Source: Psychrobacter sp. DM4 (lineage in GTDB: Bacteria; Pseudomonadota; Gammaproteobacteria; Pseudomonadales; Moraxellaceae). From it: 32,000 nt of DNA. A program made the position numbers and the translations under genes. The number at the start of each line of letters is the position of its first letter. The stretch's first letter is position 1. The DNA is taken from positions 2,340,001 through 2,372,000 of the forward strand of contig NZ_CP195536.1 in NCBI RefSeq assembly GCF_051307035.1. The letters run 5' to 3'. Positions 27,601-32,000 of the stretch are shown here, in pieces. Under the pieces are notes generated by a model. It saw only the letters and a program-made list of their open reading frames with translations. It did not search any database and was not told the DNA's origin.

Positions 27601-27635
27601 AAAATGCCTATTACTGATAAGTGATGGGCATTTTT
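27601..27635 (+). terminator. probable rho-independent terminator after metQ
   Basis: An imperfect long hairpin, aaaatgcctattact / agtgatgggcatttt, has two mismatches and ends in a T-run. It starts 30 nt after the stop codon. Confidence 0.5.
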
Positions 27636-27919
27636 ATTGTCTTATCTTTATAGTCGTACGCGGTTGTCTCCCTCTTACGCTTATTGACGAATACTACTAA
27701 CAGCCTACTAATACATATCGAATAATAAGGTGTGACGTTACAGCCTGTTTGTCCTTTGTAGGAAACCGTCAACCACCCTTTCATCTGACTACGACTGCGT
27801 TTATAGTAGATAGCTGAAACCAAGGTTGAAGCAAATCTTGCGTTACCGATTTTAACGACAACGATAGTTTTAACTTTTTAATTTAGAAATTTAAAGCTAT
27901 TGATCATAAGGATAATAAT

Positions 27920-28768
27920 ATGAGTAATAAAAACTATAATATTCGTACGGCAGGGCAAGCCAATATTCCCGTACTCGGATTGGGTACGTGGCAATCTACT
28001 GGACAAGACTGTGTCGATGTCGTGAGCCAAGCCTTACAAATGGGCTATGAGCATATTGATACAGCGCAAGCCTATGGTAATGAAAAGGAAGTTGGTCAAG
28101 GTATCAAGCAATCAGGTGTGGCTCGAGATAAGTTCTTTTTGACGACCAAAATTTTCCCTGATGATATGAAGTTTGAACCAGAGAAATTACAAGAAGCGGC
28201 TAAGCGTTCTCTAAAAGATTTGGATGTCGATTATGTAGATCTATTACTGCTACATTGGCCAGACGATCGTGTGCCATTATCTGAGACCATTCCAGCATTG
28301 TGTGAGCTGCAAAAACAAGGCCTGACGCGCAACATCGGTGTTTCCAACTTTAACATTGCTAATATTATTGAAGCCAAAAAATACGCTGATGTGCCTATTA
28401 TCGTCAACCAGGTTGAATTTCATCCCTTTATCAAGCAAGATACTTTGCAGACATTCTTAGGTAATCATCATATTCTGCTAGAAGCCTATTCGCCTCTCGC
28501 GCGCGGTGATGTATTTGACAATGAAGTAATCAGAAAAATCGCTGATAAGCATAACGTGACCCCAGCGCAGATATCGCTTGCTTGGATATTATCAGACAAA
28601 GACCGCGTTGCTATTCCAAAAACGTCCAATCCTGATCATTTACAAGGCAATTTAGATGCTATGAAAGTACAACTTAGTACAGATGAATTGGATGAAATTA
28701 GCAAGCTAGCTACTAGTGACGGACGTAAGATCAAGCATCCTGATTATTCGCCAAAATGGGATGACTAA
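27920..28768 (+). CDS. aldo/keto reductase (2,5-diketo-D-gluconate reductase-like)
   Basis: 282-aa ORF with AKR signatures: LGLGTWQ, IDTAQAYGNE, TTKI, LLLHWP and IPKTSNP. Confidence 0.9.
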   Translation: MSNKNYNIRTAGQANIPVLGLGTWQSTGQDCVDVVSQALQMGYEHIDTAQAYGNEKEVGQGIKQSGVARDKFFLTTKIFPDDMKFEPEKLQEAAKRSLKDLDVDYVDLLLLHWPDDRVPLSETIPALCELQKQGLTRNIGVSNFNIANIIEAKKYADVPIIVNQVEFHPFIKQDTLQTFLGNHHILLEAYSPLARGDVFDNEVIRKIADKHNVTPAQISLAWILSDKDRVAIPKTSNPDHLQGNLDAMKVQLSTDELDEISKLATSDGRKIKHPDYSPKWDD

Positions 28769-28807
28769 TAATATATATTAATTCTATTTTGAAGTAGAAC
28801 GTCACTC

Positions 28808-28847
28808 AAAAAAAAGCCACTGATAGTGATATCAGTGGCTTTTTTTT
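28808..28847. terminator. bidirectional rho-independent terminator between the convergent AKR gene and ccmE
   Basis: A perfect 11-bp stem, agccactgata / tatcagtggct (28815-28825 and 28830-28840), is flanked by an A8 run and a T8 run. Confidence 0.85.
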
Positions 28848-28877
28848 GGGTCTAACTACTATCTTGAACAGATAATT

Positions 28878-29378
28878 TTACTGTTGTAGCGTTTGCGTTT
28901 CGTGTATAGGCTGAGCCGGATTGTATTGCTCAGAGAGAGGCATTACTCTAGTACGATTGTTCTCTTTCATCGATTTGGCAACCTCTGGTGGCATATAGTT
29001 TTCATCGTGCTTGGCCAATACTTCCCCTGCGACAAAAGTCTCGCCCTGCATTTTTCCCGTAGCAACAACGCCTGAATTTTCGGCGAATAAATCTGGCAAG
29101 ATACCTTGATAAGTCACAGGGACAGTCGCCGCAAAATCAGTAATGGCGAACTGTACACTCAAGGGGTCGTCAGGTGCGCGCTGTACGCTACCGGCAACAA
29201 CCATGCCGCCTGCCCGAATACGCTTGTCTTGTGGCGCCTCGCCCTGAGATATAGCCGTAGCATCAAAGTAGTAGTCCGTCTGTTGCCCAATGGCATAAAG
29301 GACTAGTACTACCGCAATCGCAGCACCTGCAAGCGTAAACATAACCCACATTAATTTTTTGCGTCGCACAGCGTTCAT
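28878..29378 (-). CDS. ccmE: cytochrome c maturation haem chaperone CcmE
   Basis: It has an N-terminal membrane anchor. The conserved haem-binding segment [14 protein letters not shown] is present. A GAGG Shine-Dalgarno sequence lies upstream. Confidence 0.9.
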   Translation of the reverse strand: MNAVRRKKLMWVMFTLAGAAIAVVLVLYAIGQQTDYYFDATAISQGEAPQDKRIRAGGMVVAGSVQRAPDDPLSVQFAITDFAATVPVTYQGILPDLFAENSGVVATGKMQGETFVAGEVLAKHDENYMPPEVAKSMKENNRTRVMPLSEQYNPAQPIHETQTLQQ

Positions 29379-29837
29379 AGCACTACCTCATTGACGAATA
29401 ACTTTTGAACAAATTGATATACAAAATTGATAGCGTAAAAAATATAGATACCAGCCACAACTCCGCTTTCATTTTATCTTTATGGTAGCACTCTTACTAT
29501 TAATCAATGAGTCTATTGCTAGTCTATAGCACTCATAAGTACGATATCGAAACAATAAGATAGATTGGGTCAACAAACTAGAATAGGACTAGAGGACTTT
29601 TGCTCAAAAGACTGTGTATTACTAAACATACAGCTATGAGATGTTAGGGCGTGTTTGATAATTCATAAATGAACACTGCTGATCGCTAAAATTGTTCTAG
29701 ACAAGACGCAAGTCGAAGATAATGTTGATACCTTAGCTAGACTTGCAACACACTGCTTATATAGAGCTGAGGGCAATTTTAGCATCAGCCCCTCTTTATA
29801 AATAGCTAGGGACAGGACTCTTTTTTGTCGCTCCTTT

Positions 29838-29880
29838 GATAAAAATAGACGCTTAGAAGACTCGTCTTACTATTTTTATC
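29838..29880. repeat. strong AT-rich inverted repeat (hairpin) in the ccmD-ccmE spacer
   Basis: gataaaaatag (29838-29848) and ctatttttatc (29870-29880) are perfect complements. There is additional inner acg/cgt pairing. Confidence 0.7.
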
Positions 29881-29927
29881 TTTGAATCGTCTAAAAAATA
29901 GTCTCTGTCAGCGACATGATCGAATGT

Positions 29928-30170
29928 TCAATACGCCCTAGGCTTTTTAATAGTAGCGCTTTCACTTACGGCACTTTTACTAATAGTACTGCGCTGAGCT
30001 TGACGTACCTGCTGGATACCCAGCTGCTTGATAAGTGCCTGTCTCTGGCGGCGGCTGTACCAAATAAATACCAGCATTGCGCCAACCGTCATTGCCCAGC
30101 AAGACCAGACAAAAACACCATGATTACCCATAGCAATAAATTCAGAAAAACTATAAAAATAAGGCTGCAT
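29928..30170 (-). CDS. ccmD: haem exporter protein CcmD
   Basis: 80-aa ORF with the CcmD pattern FSEFIAMGNHGVFVWSCWAMTVGAMLVFIWYSRRQRQAL. It lies 16 nt downstream of ccmC. Confidence 0.8.
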   Translation of the reverse strand: MQPYFYSFSEFIAMGNHGVFVWSCWAMTVGAMLVFIWYSRRQRQALIKQLGIQQVRQAQRSTISKSAVSESATIKKPRAY

Positions 30171-30186
30171 ATATTACTCTCGCAGG

Positions 30187-30975
30187 TTATTTGTGTTGAC
30201 CACGTAGATATTCTTTGACCCAAGCTTTGCCTTGATCACGCTGCAAAATTAGCGTATTGGTACGGTATATAGCAAGCGTTGCCACCAGCAAATAGCTGCC
30301 GATAATCATAAGCAGTAGCGGCATCCACATATCAGCGGACATCTTTGGCGCTTCGGTTAACGTAAATGTCGCGCCTTGATGTAACGTATTCCACCACTCA
30401 ACCGAGTATTTTATAATTGGCAAATTTACTGCGCCAACGACAGATAATATAGCGGCAGCTTTACCGCGATTAGCCGTATGCTCAAACGCTGCAAAGAGTG
30501 CCATCACGCCTGCGTACAAAAACGCCAAAATCAGCATAGAAGTCAGACGCGCATCCCATACCCAGTAAGTACCCCACGTCGGCTTAGCCCAAATAGATCC
30601 TGTCAACAGACTGAGCACACACAACAAAAACCCTATCGGTGCTAACGCTTGCGCGACTAAATTGGCGGTTTTTATTTTCCAAACCAAGTAGATGACCCCA
30701 AGTACCGCCATAGCAAAGTAGATGGAGATTGCGATACTCGCCGCTGGTACATGGATAAAAATAATACGATAGCTGTTGCCTTGCAAGTAATCAGGCGGCG
30801 CAAAGGCCAGACCCCAAACGCTACCGATAAGTAGAAAGAGCGTTGCCAAAATGCCCAGCCACTTCACCCAAGGCGCAAAGGTACGAAAGAACTGCTTGGT
30901 GCCTACTGTGGTCAAAAAACCTTGCCAAAGGCGCTGCCACAAGCTAGGAGACGAGACGTTATTTAAATTGGGCAT
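30187..30975 (-). CDS. ccmC: haem exporter / haem lyase subunit CcmC
   Basis: The ORF is open to 31068, but the plausible start is the ATG at 30975 (MPNLNN..). The Trp-rich motif WGTYWVWDARLTS is present. The protein is multi-transmembrane. Confidence 0.9.
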   Translation of the reverse strand: MPNLNNVSSPSLWQRLWQGFLTTVGTKQFFRTFAPWVKWLGILATLFLLIGSVWGLAFAPPDYLQGNSYRIIFIHVPAASIAISIYFAMAVLGVIYLVWKIKTANLVAQALAPIGFLLCVLSLLTGSIWAKPTWGTYWVWDARLTSMLILAFLYAGVMALFAAFEHTANRGKAAAILSVVGAVNLPIIKYSVEWWNTLHQGATFTLTEAPKMSADMWMPLLLMIIGSYLLVATLAIYRTNTLILQRDQGKAWVKEYLRGQHK

Positions 30976-31000
30976 AGTAGAGCACCTATTGCGCCTAATA

Positions 31001-31050
31001 TTGATAAAAGGTTTTGATAATAAGTAGTGATAAAAAGCAGTGTATTGATA
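31001..31050. repeat. degenerate 13-bp phased TTGATA direct repeats in the ccmB-ccmC spacer
   Basis: ttgata occurs at 31001 and 31014, gtgata at 31027, and ttgata at 31045. The first three units are ttgataaaaggtt, ttgataataagta and gtgataaaaagca. Confidence 0.65.
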
Positions 31051-31169
31051 AGTAATATCAAAAAGCAAATGGTATAAAAGAGCTGTCGCTTCTTTATGTG
31101 CCTATTATAGCAAAGTTGCCAACGCTCGCCATCTTGTTAGTCTACTGATGGGGTAAATCAGTCATGCTA

Positions 31170-31937
31170 TCAGTTCAGCCAAGACATCTTGAGAGTCAAA
31201 GCAATCACCCACGGCGTCACCAGTACTGAGACGATACTGCCTGCTAGCAATAGCGCTAATACAGGTAAGCCGTTAAGACCGCTGGCAAACAAATCGACTG
31301 CGCCAGTAGCAAAAATCAATACGGGCAGCTGCATCGGGAGCGCAATCAGTGGCACAAGTACTGCGCCGTTTTTGAGCGATAATGTCAAGCTACTGGCTAT
31401 AGCAGATAGCATCAGTAGCATCGGGCTACCGGCAAGGATAGATGCCATCAAGATACCAGCATCAAACCAGCTTAGGCCAAACAAAGGCACGGCAAGTAAG
31501 CTTAGTACCGCGACGATACCACTACTAAATAGCCAATGAATCGACAAACGGATAAGCACCCACAAGGGCAGTGACGCTTTTGCCACAACCAGTTGCGCCA
31601 AGGTGCCATTATCAAGCGCGGGCTTAAATAAGCCATCGACGCCCATAACTAAAGATAACAAAGCTGCAATCCACACCGCAGGTACGCCTAAACGCTGCAA
31701 TAGCTGTGGCTCGGTGCCGACCGATAAGGGAAACAAAGTAATAACGACTAAGAATAACACTAAAGGATAGAGCCACTGTACCGCGCCTTGCTGCTTGACG
31801 TGCCATTCGCGCCGCCACAATTGCACAAAGCTGATTTGACGCAAAGTAGAGGTATTTGCTACGCGATTGATTTCTCTGTTTGCGTTGTTTGCATTGTGAT
31901 CTACAACTGCTGGTTGTGCTCGACTCTCTAACATCAT
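31170..31937 (-). CDS. ccmB: haem exporter permease CcmB
   Basis: It is collinear with E. coli CcmB as I recall it (LVVITLFPLSVGTEPQLL.., ..LLAGSPMLLMLSAIASSLTL.., ..LPMQLPVLIFATGA). The ORF opens with GTG at 31949. ATG at 31937, preceded by AAAGGG, is the more likely start. Confidence 0.9.
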   Translation of the reverse strand: MMLESRAQPAVVDHNANNANREINRVANTSTLRQISFVQLWRREWHVKQQGAVQWLYPLVLFLVVITLFPLSVGTEPQLLQRLGVPAVWIAALLSLVMGVDGLFKPALDNGTLAQLVVAKASLPLWVLIRLSIHWLFSSGIVAVLSLLAVPLFGLSWFDAGILMASILAGSPMLLMLSAIASSLTLSLKNGAVLVPLIALPMQLPVLIFATGAVDLFASGLNGLPVLALLLAGSIVSVLVTPWVIALTLKMSWLN

Positions 31938-31958
31938 ACACCCTTTCACTTATCGCAT

Positions 31959-32000
31959 TTAAGCCATGTACTCTGACAAATCAAGCATTTGATCCGCGAC
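31959..32000 (-). CDS. ccmA: 3' end of an upstream gene, presumably ccmA (only 13 codons in the window)
   Basis: The minus-strand frame ..VADQMLDLSEYMA is open and ends with TAA at 31961-31959, 10 nt before the ccmB ORF. The identity is inferred purely from ccm operon order. Confidence 0.3.
   Translation of the reverse strand, partial: VADQMLDLSEYMA

Noticed and set aside
27611-27823. A 70-aa minus-strand ORF downstream of metQ.
   Set aside because: It starts inside the metQ terminator hairpin region. It has no ribosome-binding site and no recognisable motif. It might be a relic, but I cannot support that from the sequence alone.
31045-31061. An FNR/Anr-like sequence, ttgat-aagtaat-atcaa, upstream of ccmC.
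   Set aside because: The spacer is 7 nt rather than the 4 nt of the TTGAT-N4-ATCAA consensus. It is better explained as part of the TTGATA repeat series.
1-32000. A search for mobile elements, CRISPR arrays, tRNA or rRNA genes, and defence or toxin-antitoxin modules.
   Set aside because: There are no transposase, integrase or recombinase-like ORFs. There are no regularly spaced direct repeats with unique spacers and no cloverleaf-like or rRNA-like conserved stretches. Gene content and composition look uniformly chromosomal.

Overview
This is a chromosomal, mostly housekeeping segment. The protein sequences look like a Psychrobacter-type Moraxellaceae genome, but that is recognition from memory and no search was run.

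Gene order, left to right:
- Minus strand: an iron-uptake-type cluster of imelysin (IcmP/IrpA-like), di-haem DUF1111 oxidoreductase, imelysin-like protein, and the start of a fourth gene.
- Minus strand: an OmpA-family lipoprotein.
- Plus strand: a YihG-family acyltransferase, a membrane protein with a voltage-sensor-like S1-S4 domain and no pore, and minCDE.
- Minus strand: a twitching-motility Pil-Chp chemosensory cluster, pilG-pilH-pilI-pilJ-chpA plus a small divergent CheW-like ORF.
- Plus strand: an orphan membrane-fusion-type lipoprotein, an OmpR-like regulator, and an EnvZ-like kinase.
- Plus strand: a metN'-'metI deletion-fusion remnant, metQ, and an aldo/keto reductase.
- Minus strand: ccm(A)BCDE.

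I found no rRNA, tRNA, CRISPR array, transposase, integrase or obvious defence island.

I do not see a convincing new multi-gene system. The observations most worth a second look are:
- the pore-less voltage-sensor-domain protein;
- the stripped-down Chp system: PilJ has no periplasmic domain, pilK and chpB are absent, and one ChpA phosphotransfer domain carries Tyr instead of His;
- the in-frame metN-metI deletion;
- a roughly 140-aa insertion inside the kinase ATP-binding domain;
- unusually long, repeat-bearing spacers that split the ccm and min operons.

Every functional call rests on motifs I could read in the translations. None was verified by database search.
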